Of a stretch of DNA of 64,000 nt, positions 48,359-61,278 are shown piece after piece. A program made the translations under genes and the position numbers. The notes under the pieces are model-generated. The model worked only from the letters and a program-made list of their open reading frames with translations, was not told where the DNA came from and searched no databases. Source of the stretch: Macrostomum lignano (lineage: Eukaryota); assembly GCA_002269645.1 (NCBI GenBank), contig NIVC01003564.1, positions 1 to 64,000 on the forward strand. The letters run 5' to 3'. The first letter of the stretch is position 1. Every line of letters begins with the position of its first letter.

Positions 48359-50792
48359 CTGTAGAGCGCAGTGAGCGGAGAGTGGCAGTGTGGCGAGTGA
48401 ACAAGATGGATTGGTTTGCAACTGCTTGAATGTGTTGGTTGAGTTCGTGTGTCAGTGCTACTACTGCAATCAGTGAATGAAGCAAAGTATTCGTTGAAAT
48501 GCATGCAGGCGCACCGCTATGGAGTTGATGATGGGCGGAGAAAGAGAAAATTATTTTAGGGCAAAGAGAAAGCAAGGCATTGCTTCATAATTGTTTAATA
48601 ACCTCTGAGGTGGTGAGGCAGTGCAATTGCTGGGACTTTAGTTGAGTTATTGCTTGCCAGAAATTTTATTCAAAGCGAAATGAGTCCTGAAAGGAATGTC
48701 AGCCAGGTCTCAAACTCAGGTTGAACTTGTGAGCTCTGAAGTTCAGGTATCGAATAAAAAATTCAGCAAAGTTGACGGGGGCTTGGATTGGGGATTGCGG
48801 CATTGTGATGATGAGCGCAGCGTCACTGACCTGCTCCGACTGCCACTTGTGCGTGGCCCTCCTTGACCTTGAGCGGAGTGTCGTAGCCGCAGGAACCTTT
48901 TCTGTCGCAGCCACCTTCCAGATGGAACATTTGCCCAGCAACCAGCACAGTCCAGTCAATGTCGGAGTCTGCAGCTGTCCTGCCGTTGACTTGCACCAGA
49001 CTGTTTGCCCAGCCCTCTGCGTAGCTGCCGGTCATTCGCCTGTGATCCTGTGTGAGGACTCGAGCGACTTCTTGTAGCCAGTCAGCCAGGTTTTGCTGAC
49101 ACTTTGCTCTCTGCTGGGTGAATCCTGCATCGCTGAGCAGTTGATGCAGCTCTTTGTCAGAGAGTCTGGAAGGATAGCGTGGTGGGTGGGAGAGGTGAGA
49201 GTGCATATTTGCAGAGTGGGCCAAGGAGAATGAGACTCACATTGAGCGGCTTTGAGCGGTTGTGTGGGTGTGCTGTTGTTTTCTGGAATGTGTGAATGAA
49301 AGCGAGGTGAGGAATTGAAGTGATAGGAAGTGGAATGGCAATTAATGGGAACTGACTCGGTGGGATTCAGCAGGCGGAGCACCTGCCGCTGGTCGAATCT
49401 TTGTGCGAGTTGCGCACAGGTGAGGCCGTGATTGTCTCGATGGTTGGCATCCGCTCCTGCATCCATCAGAGCCTTGGCTGCTCGCACGTGACCGGCTTCG
49501 CACGCTCGTGACAGAGCAGTCCGACCCTGACTGTCTTCAGCACGCACTGACGCACCGAGATCGATGAGTTTCTCAATGAGCTCGTGATGACCTGCATCAG
49601 CTGCCAGCATGAGAGCAGTGGCTCCAGTGCTGTCTGGCAGATCGACAAGCTGTGTGCTGACTCGCTCATGATTGATCAGCGTGACAGCAAGAGCGACGTG
49701 TCTTTGAGAGATAGAGAGACGGAGCAGCTGTGTGATGCGAGCTGGCTGCATTCGAGAGAGGGTGTCGGTGAGAACAGAGTTCCTGCCTTCGATGGCCATT
49801 GCTGCAGTGAACCTGAGGATGGTGGTGGATTGGAAGAGCCATTTGGGCTCGAGGCCGAGGGAGGCAACTGCATCTTCGCGCAGACGAGAGCAAGCTTTGA
49901 GTACGCATTGGAAGCGGAGATTTTCTCTCTGATGGGAACTAGAGAGACACGAGATAAGGAACTGGACGATTTGAAAGTGACCATTGTCTGCAGCTTTTTC
50001 TGCAGCCTCGATGCAGAAGGCGTCTCTGTTTGATTGGTCATTGATTAGTGGTACGAGGAACTCGACGGCTTGAAAGTGACCCATGAATGCAGCATTTTCT
50101 GCAGCCTTGATGCAGCAGGCGTCTTTATTGGATTGGTCATTAATTAGTTGTACGAGGAACTGGACGATTTGAAAGTAACCACGGATTGCAGCCTCTTCGG
50201 CAGCCCTGATGCAGCAGGCGTCTTTATTTGATTGGTCATTGATTAGCGGTACGAGAAACTGGACGATTTGAAAATGACCATTCATTGCAGCTTTTTCGGC
50301 AGCCTTGATGCAGCAGGCTTCTTTATTTGATTGGTCATTGATTAGTGGTACGAGGAACTCGACGGCTTGAAAGTGACCCATGAATGCAGCATTTTCTGCA
50401 GCCTTGATGCAGCAGGCGTCTTTATTGGATTGGTCATTAATTAGTTGTACGAGGAACTGGACGATTTGAAAGTAACCACGGATTGCAGCCTCTTCGGCAG
50501 CCCTGATGCAGCAGGCGTCTTTATTTGATTGGTCATTGATTAGCGGTACGAGAAACTGGACGATTTGAAAATGATCATTCATTGCAGCTTTTTCGGCAGC
50601 CTTGATGCAGCAGGCTTCTTTATTTGATTGGTCATTGATTTGTGATACGAAAAACTGGACGTCATCAAAGCGATTTTGAGATGCGGCACGTAGAGTAGCT
50701 CGGACGATGTCGCAGAAGTTTGCATGGGTTGCAGCAGTCGGCGTGATGTTGTCGGTGCTGAAGGCCTGATGGCGGCTTTGATTTTGGCCCAT
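46729..50792 (-). CDS. ANK-repeat-cGLR gene copy D, 7 repeats, ~1147 aa if one 1-nt indel is corrected
   Basis: Exons 50792..49357, 49282..49241, 49165..48831, 48358..46729. A 1-nt loss at ~47487 (catggcgtc vs catggcggtc in B/C) splits ORFs 47481..48575 and 46729..47517. The TGA stop of B/C is GGA here, adding GPEDFLTQIY. Confidence 0.8.
48831..49165 (-). CDS. Exon 3 of copy D: nucleotidyltransferase core
   Basis: Same 335-nt exon, motifs and splice sites. Confidence 0.88.
50025..50645 (-). repeat. Coding 99-bp ankyrin-like tandem array, copy D (7 motifs; a 3-unit block duplicated)
   Basis: Anchor spacing 50037 to 50631 = 594 = 6 x 99. The MN/IR/FM triplet occurs twice. Confidence 0.9.
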
Positions 50793-52397
50793 AGTTCTGG
50801 TGAGGGGTGTTGAGGTTAAAAAGCGGTGTTTAGAAGGAGGAAGGGAACTGAGAGGGAGAAAGGAGGGCAGGGAGGGAGAAGGAGGGGAGGGAGATAAAGA
50901 AAGAAGAAGTAGGGGACGGAGGGAGGAGGATGAGAGGGAGGGAGAAGGAGGGGAGGAAGAGAGCCCTATGAGCTGTCACTGTGCTGGGACCTGAGCACTG
51001 TGATCAGTGCTGTGACACTCCTTCTGTCTCCCCTCCTTCTGCCTACCCCAATACACCTATGAATGACAGACCATAGTGACAGAGACTCGCAGGCCGCAGA
51101 GAAGGCGGAACACTCAAAAGCAGACGGACAGAAATTCCAGGCAGAGCAGGGGGCTGCTACAGAAGTATTAAACGCTGGTTGGAGGGAAGGCTGGGAGAAA
51201 AAGGCCAGGTCCGTCAAAGCGCAGCACAGAAATGCATAGCAGAGTGCTCTTGCTGGTCAAAGCAAAACAAAAACAGGAGAGAAGTTCCCTGCACAAATAA
51301 GCACCAATAAGTAATCTTGACTGCGTATTAACCTGGAAGGGAAGGCTTTTCTAAGCGCGAATTTTTCGGGTTCCGGTGTATGAAGGCGTTTTTTCATATT
51401 CTCCCAACTTTAATAGAGACTGGGACTGTGGGATTACGCTCGTATGAAAGAGTTTACCCACAGTGGGCGCAGCCCATATCTATAATAATCTGTAATAAGA
51501 AGTGCTTGTTAAGTGTACAAAGACCTATGTTTAGACACAGCTCAAGTGTACAGTTAGCCCTCATTTGCCTGAAAGTCTAAAGGAACGCTTGTTCAAGGAT
51601 GTGATTGACGAGTTGTAAACATATGCAAAAATGTGCTGCAATTAACTGTCGTTCTGGCTACTTTCGAAAAAATTCACAGAAAATTCTGAAACAATGCTTT
51701 AATTTACGAGCTAACAACGCGTAAGTTTCACAACGCCTAAAATCGAAAATGCAGCCTCCTTCACAACGCCTAAATTTCATAACGCCTAAAACTGAATGTG
51801 AAGGAGCGTGCAAATATTTTAGGCGTTGTGAAATTTAGACGATATGAAATTTAGGCGATGTGAAGTGTAGTGGTTTTAGGCGTTGTGAAATTTAGGTCTT
51901 ATGAAAGCGTCCCCAATTGCAAGCCTAATTGACAACTCACTCCAATGCCAGCCCAGCAGACTGGAAGGAACGCAGAGCAGCACTCACCAATTATGAATTC
52001 GGCAGGCAGAGACTCGCAGGGCGCGGAGAAGGTGGAACTTGCAAAAGCAGACAGGAGAGACAGCAGACCGCAGAGGGGCAGCAGTTCAAGCTAGCCAAGA
52101 GCAGCGGCGGGCTGCTACAGAAGTACCAAACGCTGGCTTGGATGTAAGGCTGGGAGAAAAAAGCCAGACGTCAAGGCACAGCACAAAACTGCACAGCAGA
52201 GTGGAGGCTTGTCGAAGAGAGTGTACGCAGCCCTGCACATATGGAGGGCTGACAGGGCCAGGGAAGAAATCTTCTAACCCTCACACGAACCAATGAGTGC
52301 ATGTAGCTGCATGCAGCGTATTGGTAGGAAAAGCGTGTCCAAAACTCACACACGAAAGAGGAACCTCCAAATATGATGATAAGGGGAGGCAGCTGAC

Positions 52398-53993
<1,596 letters not shown>

Positions 53994-54111
53994 AGCTGAC
54001 TGTCTGCTCAAAATTCTCCATAATTTCGGAATAGCAAACCCAAATTTGGCTATCTCGTTCTCGTTTTAAAGTTGACCAAATTCTTCACAACTGACACGAA
54101 TTTTATTGGAA

Positions 54112-54810
54112 GCTGAGCACTAGTGTCACTGGAATCTGAGAACTAGTGTCACTTGAATCTGAGAACTAGTGTCACTTGAATCTGAGAACTAGTGTCACTT
54201 GAATCTGAGAACTAGTGTCACTGGAATCTGAGAACTAGTGTCACTTGAATCTGAGAACTAGTGTCACTTGAATCTGAGCACTAGTTTCACTGGAATCTGA
54301 GCACTAGTGTCACTTGAATCTGAGCACTAGTTTCACTGGAATCTGAGCACTAGTGTCACTTGAATCTGAGCACTAGTTTCACTGGAATCTGAGCACTAGT
54401 GTCACTTGAATCTGAGCACTAGTTTCACTGGAATCTGAGCACTAGTGTCACTTGAATCTGAGCACTAGTTTCACTGGAATCTGAGCACTAGTGTCACTTG
54501 AATCTGAGCACTAGTGTCACTTGAATCTGAGCACTAGTTTCACTGGAATCTGAGCACGAGTTCACTGGAATCTGAGCACGAGTTCACTGGAATCTGAGCA
54601 CTAGTGTCACTGGAATCTGAGCACGAGTTCACTGGAATCTGAGCACTAGTGTCACTTGAATCTGAGCACTAGTGTCACTTGAATCTGAGCACTAGTGTCA
54701 CTTGAATCTGAGCACTAGTGTCACTTGAATCTGAGCACTAGTGTCACTTGAATCTGAGCACTAGTTTCACTGGAATCTGAGCACTAGTGTCACTTGAATC
54801 TGAGCACTAA
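54112..54810. repeat. 23-bp minisatellite (GAATCTGAGCACTAGTGTCACTT), ~30 copies
   Basis: Direct reading; second array at 56055..56315. Confidence 0.95.
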
Positions 54811-54928
54811 TACCAGTGATAATAATAATAATACAAGGTTTAAAAACCCGTAGACGTAAAAATCTGTTGATAAATTTATAATTCTACGTATATACTCGTA
54901 CATGTATACGAATGCCCTTTGGTCGCAG

Positions 54929-55856
54929 GTTTCGTGTCGAACATTGACGCCCTGTCTCTGGCCAAGATCTGCCATCAGCTCAGCAGGCCGGAGCGTCTCG
55001 GTGGCAAGCTGGATCATTCAACCGGACTCGAGCTGCTGGTTGTCAAGGGTGACGCTGTTAAACAGGGTACGTTTTTGTCTGAGCTAAACTGTAGTAGGAA
55101 GCTTCCAAATTTTAGACCGAGTCAGTGTAGGTAAAAATCAATTTCTTTAAAGCCGCTGAATCAATTTACGAAGAATTTTTCTAATTTTTAAAAAAAATAC
55201 TTTGGGAAGTGCGAGTAAATTTTGAAATCGAGAATGTACTTTCACAATCGAGAATGTACTTTCACAATCGAGAATGTACTTTCACAATCGAGAATATACT
55301 TTCTCACAATCGAGACTGTACTTTCATAATCGAGAATGTACTTTCACAATCGAGAATGTACTTTCACAATTGAAAATGTACTTTCACAATCGAGAATGTA
55401 CTTTCACAATCGAGAATGTACTTTCACAATTGAGAATGTACTTTCACAATCGAGAATGTACTTTCACAATCGAGAATGTACTTTCACAATCGATAATGTA
55501 CTTTCACAATCGAGAATGTACTTTCACAATCGAGAATGTACTTTTACATTCGATAATGTACTTTCACAACAATAAATGTACCTTTAGAATCGTTAAATTT
55601 CTAAATCGTAAATCGAAAATCGTAAATAAATATATTTACTTTAACAATCAAGATGGTAATTCTGCACTTCTTGCACTTCCCTTTATGACCAAACTCAATG
55701 AACAATTTCCTTACTGCAGGCAGCCCGTGGGTGACGGTGTACCACAGTGACCCGCTGACTGAGCGTCAGAGACAGGGTATTAACGCGTGCCTTCAGGTAA
55801 CCAAGGAGCGGCCCCAGGTGCTGCCCCTAATCCGTGAGATCTTCCCACAGCATTGA
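54929..55856 (+). pseudogene. TYMP: Last two exons (54929..55066, 55720..55856) of a thymidine/pyrimidine-nucleoside phosphorylase-like gene (PYNP C-terminal domain); upstream exons not found
   Basis: Spliced: GFVSNIDALSLAKICHQLSRPERLGGKLDHSTGLELLVVKGDAVKQGSPWVTVYHSDPLTERQRQGINACLQVTKERPQVLPLIREIFPQH*. This matches the TYMP C-terminus pattern (AL.LA..LH.L...G.ELLV..G..V..G.PW..VH). Phase-1 GT-AG sites. The conserved GAGR is garbled. Confidence 0.6.
55228..55575. repeat. 20-bp minisatellite (CGAGAATGTACTTTCACAAT) in the intron between the TYMP-like exons
   Basis: Direct reading. Confidence 0.95.
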
Positions 55857-56054
55857 TCGGAAGACGCAGCTTATAATTAAACGTCGATAAAGCGATAGTG
55901 AACTTTCATTTTAGCGATTATCATTATCTAACAAAAAATGCTGAATTCAAATTAAAGTAGCTAGTATCCAAGTATCCCTCTTTGGCATCTGGACTATTAT
56001 AACGGGTGATCCAAAAAATGGACAAACTTTGTAGTGAAACTGTGCCAAGTTTAA

Positions 56055-56315
56055 CTGGAATCTGAGCACTAGTTCACTTGAATCTGAGCACTAGTGTCAC
56101 TTGAATCTGAGCACTAGTGTTACTTGAATCTGAGCACTAGTGTCACTTGAATCTGAGCACTAGTGTTACTTGAATCTGAGCACTAGTGTCACTTGAATAT
56201 GAGCACTAGTGTCACTTGAATATGAGCACTAGTGTCACTGGAATCTGAGAACTAGTGTCAATTGAATCTGAGAACTATTTTCACTTGAATCTGAGCACTA
56301 GTGTCACTGGAATCT
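56055..56315. repeat. 23-bp minisatellite (same unit as 54112..54810), ~11 copies
   Basis: Direct reading. Confidence 0.93.
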
Positions 56316-56748
56316 TAGCATCTCCATTACTCTCTCTCCTCTTCTATATTTTTCAACATCCCATCTCTTTGCCTCTCCTCTCTTATCCGTCATTTCACCC
56401 TCTCCTTTTCACTCCAGCCTGGCCCGTAGCCATGTAGCTGGAGTCTCTATCTGCACAACCAAGTGCCGAACCAAGTAAACAAAGCAGGAAAATAATGCCG
56501 ATTTTATACGAGTATCAGGATAAGCTACTAAATTATTACTAATTATTAAAGAAAGATTAACGAAGCAATGAAATAACTCTTTTTTCTCTAGTTTTGAGAA
56601 GCTCAATCGCTGCTCTTCATTGCAGCTGATAAATGTATGCAACCATCGATAGCACTTTTGAGCAGTCTTGGAGAAGCTGGACAGCAGAGCACAGGTACAG
56701 GCAATCATCAAGTTCTTTATTACGGAAGCCATTCCCCCTGTCAAAGCA

Positions 56749-56935
56749 GGAGGCAGAGCAGCTGAGCGGTAAACGCACCCGACTCTCGAGCCCAACAAGT
56801 CCGAGGTTCGATTCCGTATTTCTCGATAATCCACACCCATGAGGACCATAATCCAGTAGCCACCTAGCGTACAGTATTGGCGCGCTTGTCTGTGCTCAGG
56901 ATACATGGGGCTGAATAATAAATAAGAAATAAACA
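56749..56935 (+). mobile_element. tRNA-derived SINE-like element
   Basis: A-box-like AGCTGAGCGG (56760), perfect B-box GGTTCGATTCC (56805-56815), A-rich tail at ~56915-56935. Confidence 0.55.
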
Positions 56936-57924
56936 GAAGACAATAAATAGACAGTCTGAAATAAATTTCAATTTTTTATGAGTGTGACTGTAATTTTAGA
57001 ACAACTACTAAGGTATTCATATTGTATAAGCGACAAATTTATTAATAATTTGTATTTATAGGCTCGTAGCGAGAGCGCAAAGCCGTACTTGGGGTCACAC
57101 TATGCACTTACTGACAAGCAAAACAGACAGCCAATCAAATCACATCTGTACACTGTAGTAAACAGACAATGGCACCCTATTATATATGATGGCGCCTGAA
57201 AAAAGCCTCCCTGCGCTGAGCTTACTACTCACAAGCGGTATGTATGGGTGCAAATAAATTAATTTAGTTTAGATTTATTATTGCAAATTTCAGGAAGAGT
57301 TCACACAAACCAAGCACAAATTATTAAATAATAAACGAGAGGAATTAGCATATTTATTAAACGGAACACAGAAGAGTAAAGAGGATAATTAGGTGATGGT
57401 GAAGTGAAAGTAACAGAGCAAGCACAACAGGATGTGAATCTTTTCTACTCTTTCTCTAAATTTTAGTCTGCTAGTTGCCTACATAATTTTTGTTCAGCAG
57501 GACAGTTTAAATTATCAATAAGTAAAAGTACAAGTTAGGTGAAATAAAAAAACCAGCACACATTAAATTGAAACTATGCCTTCAAAGTTAACAGCAACTG
57601 TCAAGTAATCAACAAGCAGCGCTACAATTTGTAAACGGAGCACAACATACTACTCAAAAAAGCGGAGGCATCAATTGAACTTTTGGCATCTCATCGGGGC
57701 CAAAAGTTGACTTGAACAAATCTGTGATTGCAAGCATAAATTTGTTTTATTATTAACGATATGAAATCAACATGCTGTTCTTATACTAAAGCACATATAC
57801 TAGAATAACCTTGATGCCACTCGCAAATAATGCATTATCTACTTTTCAGTAGCAAAATAGCGTTAGCATAGCGAGCAAGAGATAAAAGGGTCGCGCCCCA
57901 GCCCCTAAACAGTTTGGAGCTTGT

Positions 57925-58195
57925 GTCTGACTTTGACTTCTCTCCTTACCGCTCTCTCATTGGCTGAGCCGGATTGGGCCTGCCTGACTTTGACTTCTCT
58001 CCTTACCGCTCTCTCATTGGCTGAGCCGGATTGGGCCTGTCTGACTTTGACTTCTCTCCTTACCGCTCTCTCATTGGCTGAGCCGGATTGGGCCTGCCTG
58101 ACTTTGACTTCTCTCCTTACCGCTCTCTCATTGGCTGAGCCGGATTGGGCCTGCCTGACTTTGACTTCTCTACTTACTGCTCTCTCATTGGCTTA
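57925..58195. repeat. 57-bp tandem repeat, ~4.7 copies
   Basis: The 19-aa repeat in the ORF track reflects the 57-nt unit. Confidence 0.92.
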
Positions 58196-58407
58196 GCCTG
58201 ATTGAGCACTTGTGCACACCGAGATAAATGCTTGCTGGTAATTAGTCACAAACCCCGCGAGAAGGAGAGGAAGTTTTAGCTGGCACATTAAATTCAAGTG
58301 ACACTGCGCAGATAAACTACTGAAAACAGAGCAAACGCTCTACTGTTTCAAAACTTTAATTGCAAGTGACTTGTGACAAGTGGCAAGTGATATTGCCAGA
58401 GACTGTC

Positions 58408-61237
58408 TCAGCCATTCCGCTGCAGAAACAGGGGATTAGCAGCCGAAGCGGCACCGGCTGGAGCCCGCATGAACAGCTGGCCGTTGATGATCACCGGCCC
58501 TGTGGCGGCGGCCGCGGCCTGGCTGGTGGCAGCCGCCAGGTGCTGCGCAGCGGCCAGCGGGTTCAGCGCTGCCGGCGTCAAAAAGCGTTGAAAACCGGAG
58601 GCTGATTGGGCAGCCAGCAGGTGCTGCTGAAGGAAGCCGCTGGGCCCAGCAGCAGCAGCTGCCTGCTGTTGAAGCAGCAGGTTCTGCTGCATGGCCAAGA
58701 AGGGGTTGGGAGCGCCTGCGGAGCCGGCGGCGGAGGTGGCGAGGCCGGGCGGCAGGAAGCGAAGCAGCTGGCCGTGCTGGAGGAACTGCGCTTGATGCTG
58801 CAGACCGCCAGCTGCGGCCAGGTGCAGCGCCTGGGTGGTGGCAGCCACAGTCTGCTGTTGCTGCTGCTGCTGCTGCTGCAAGGCGGCCTGGAGCTGCAGG
58901 AAATGCAGCGACTGCAGGGCGTGCGCTGCTGAAGTTGTCGGGGCGCTGCCGGAGGCTGCCGCGGCAGCTGCGGCGGCTGCCAGTGCGGCGGCTTGCGGCG
59001 GCTGCTGAGGCTGTTGAGGCCCAGGAGCTGCCGCGGGTGTCGGCTGACCAGCGGCCGCCTCGGGGCCCGGTGTTGTCGCCGGCGTAGCAGAAGCTGGCGG
59101 CGGCGCCGATGCCGATGCTGCAGAACTGGTCGCGCCTGGAGCGCCGCCAGCCGCCGCCGCCGCATCGCCAGCTGCCGGCGCCGGAGTCGCTGCGCCAGTT
59201 GGCGCCGACGCGATGCTGCCGGGTGTTGCAGCGGCAGCCGGAGCTGCACTTGCCGGTGTTGTTGAAGGCTGCGGCGGCGCTGTGACGCTGCTCGCGCTTG
59301 AAGTTGCCGCTGCAGCAGCTGCGGCCATGGCAGCCTGAAATTATCAGTGAAGGAAGGAAAATTCAGTAGACTGGTTTCACCGGAAAATTAAATCTACAAT
59401 TCTACAATAACACTATAAGTGTGAGTTTGAGATACGAACCTGATGTTGCATAATGAGATGCTGCAGGTGCTGTTGGCCACCACCCATAGGTAGGTGATGA
59501 TGCAAGCCAGGCTGATGATGCTGCTGATGCTGCTGAGCCAGATGGTGCCCGTGAAGAGCTTGCTGGTGCTGAAGGTGCTGCTGGTGCTGAAGGTGCTGCT
59601 GGTGCTGAAGGTGGTGCTGGTGCTGAAGGTGCTGCTGTTGCTGCTGCTGCTGCAGGTGATGATGGTGCTGGGCAAGCTGGGCGGCGTGCAGGCCCAGATG
59701 GTGCGGCAGCGCGGCTCCAACGACGCCACCGGAGCCGCTGACGCCGACACCGCCAATGTTGGCCAGAGACGGCATCCCGGCGCCTGCGGCAGCAGCCGCG
59801 GCAGCAGCGGCGGCCATTGAGTAGGCCAAGGCCGGGTCAACGGCGCCGGCTGCCGCCTGCTGAACAACAGCTGCAGCTGGCTGATGCTGCTGCGGATGCT
59901 GCAGATGATGCTGCGGATGCTGCAGCTGGCCTAGCATCATCGCGGGCGACATCGCGGCGGAAGTCGCTCGCGGAAGCTGATCAGCGCCGGCGGCAGCGGC
60001 GGCGGGGGCGGCATCAGCAGCCGGCGAGGCTGACGAACTGCCACCCGCCACAGCAGCCGCCTGCAGCCTGGCGTGCTCCTGAGCCCGCTTCATCAGCTCC
60101 TGATACTGCTGCTGCTCCTTTGTCGAATAGGGCGGCTGCATCGCTCGCTGCTGAGCGGTCGCCGATTCCGTCGAGTTTGGCGACTTGGCAGCGCCGCCAA
60201 GGCCCAGGCGCTCCGCCATCTCCTCCGGCACCTGCGGCCCGATGTACGCCGCGTCCGAGCTGCCGCTGCCGCCGCCTCCAGCGCCGCGGTGGCCTCCGCC
60301 GCTCTTCGACCTGCCGCCGCCTCCGCCAGCCGCAGCTGCCGGTCCTCCGCCTTTGCCGCCGCCAGCCCTGCCGCCGTGGAAGTCCTGCTGGCCGGCGGCC
60401 GAGCGCCACGAGTCGCCGCCGCCAGACCGGCTGCCGCGGCCGTTGCCACCGGGAAGGTGCGGCCCGAACACCGGCTGGTCCCGGCCCTTGTCTCCGCCTC
60501 TGCCGCCTTGCTGCTGCTGGCCTTTTTTCTTTTGGTGCTGCTGCTGCTGCGGCCTCGGCTTAGCCACTGGCGGCAGACGCGACTTGTACACCGCGGCTGC
60601 AGATTTACCACCGCCGCCGCCCCCTGACCGGCTGGCGCTGGCGCCGCCTCCGCCGCGGCCGCCTCCGTTTCGGGGCGTCCGCCTCCGCCTGGAGCTGCGA
60701 TACTGCCCACCGCCACCACCGCCGCCGCCGCCACCGCCGCCCGACGATCTCCGATGCCTGCCGCGACCGCGCGATCTCGACCGGGATCGAGTCCGGGACC
60801 TCGACCGGCTGTAGGACCGGCCGCGACTGTCGTCGCTATAAGAGGTGTAAGACGAACCGGATGAGTAGGATCTGGAGTAGGTGGAGGTGCTGTACGATCG
60901 CGAGGTGTACGACCGGCTTCGGCTGCGGCTGGATCGGGACCTGCTAGATCGGGACCTGCTAGAGCGGGACCTCGATCGGGATCGCGACGTTGAGTATCGG
61001 CCGCCTCGCCTGCCGCTGCGACCGCCGCCGCCACCGCCGCGTGGCGAACGAGACGAGCGTCGACGGGAACCGCCGCGGCGTCCGCCGCCGCCACCGCCAC
61101 CGCCGCGGGATCTCGACCGACGCTGCTGGGAGGATTGGCGTCCTGACTGCTGCTGCTGCTGCTGCTGCTGTTGAGACGATGCATGAGCCCCGTTATTGTT
61201 GTTGTTATTGATGCTATTATTGCCGTTTCCGCTTCCA

Positions 61238-61278
<41 letters not shown>

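Noticed and set aside
56749-56820. tRNA gene
   Set aside because: A/B boxes are present but I could not fold a cloverleaf, and it continues into a body and A-rich tail, so it is called a SINE.
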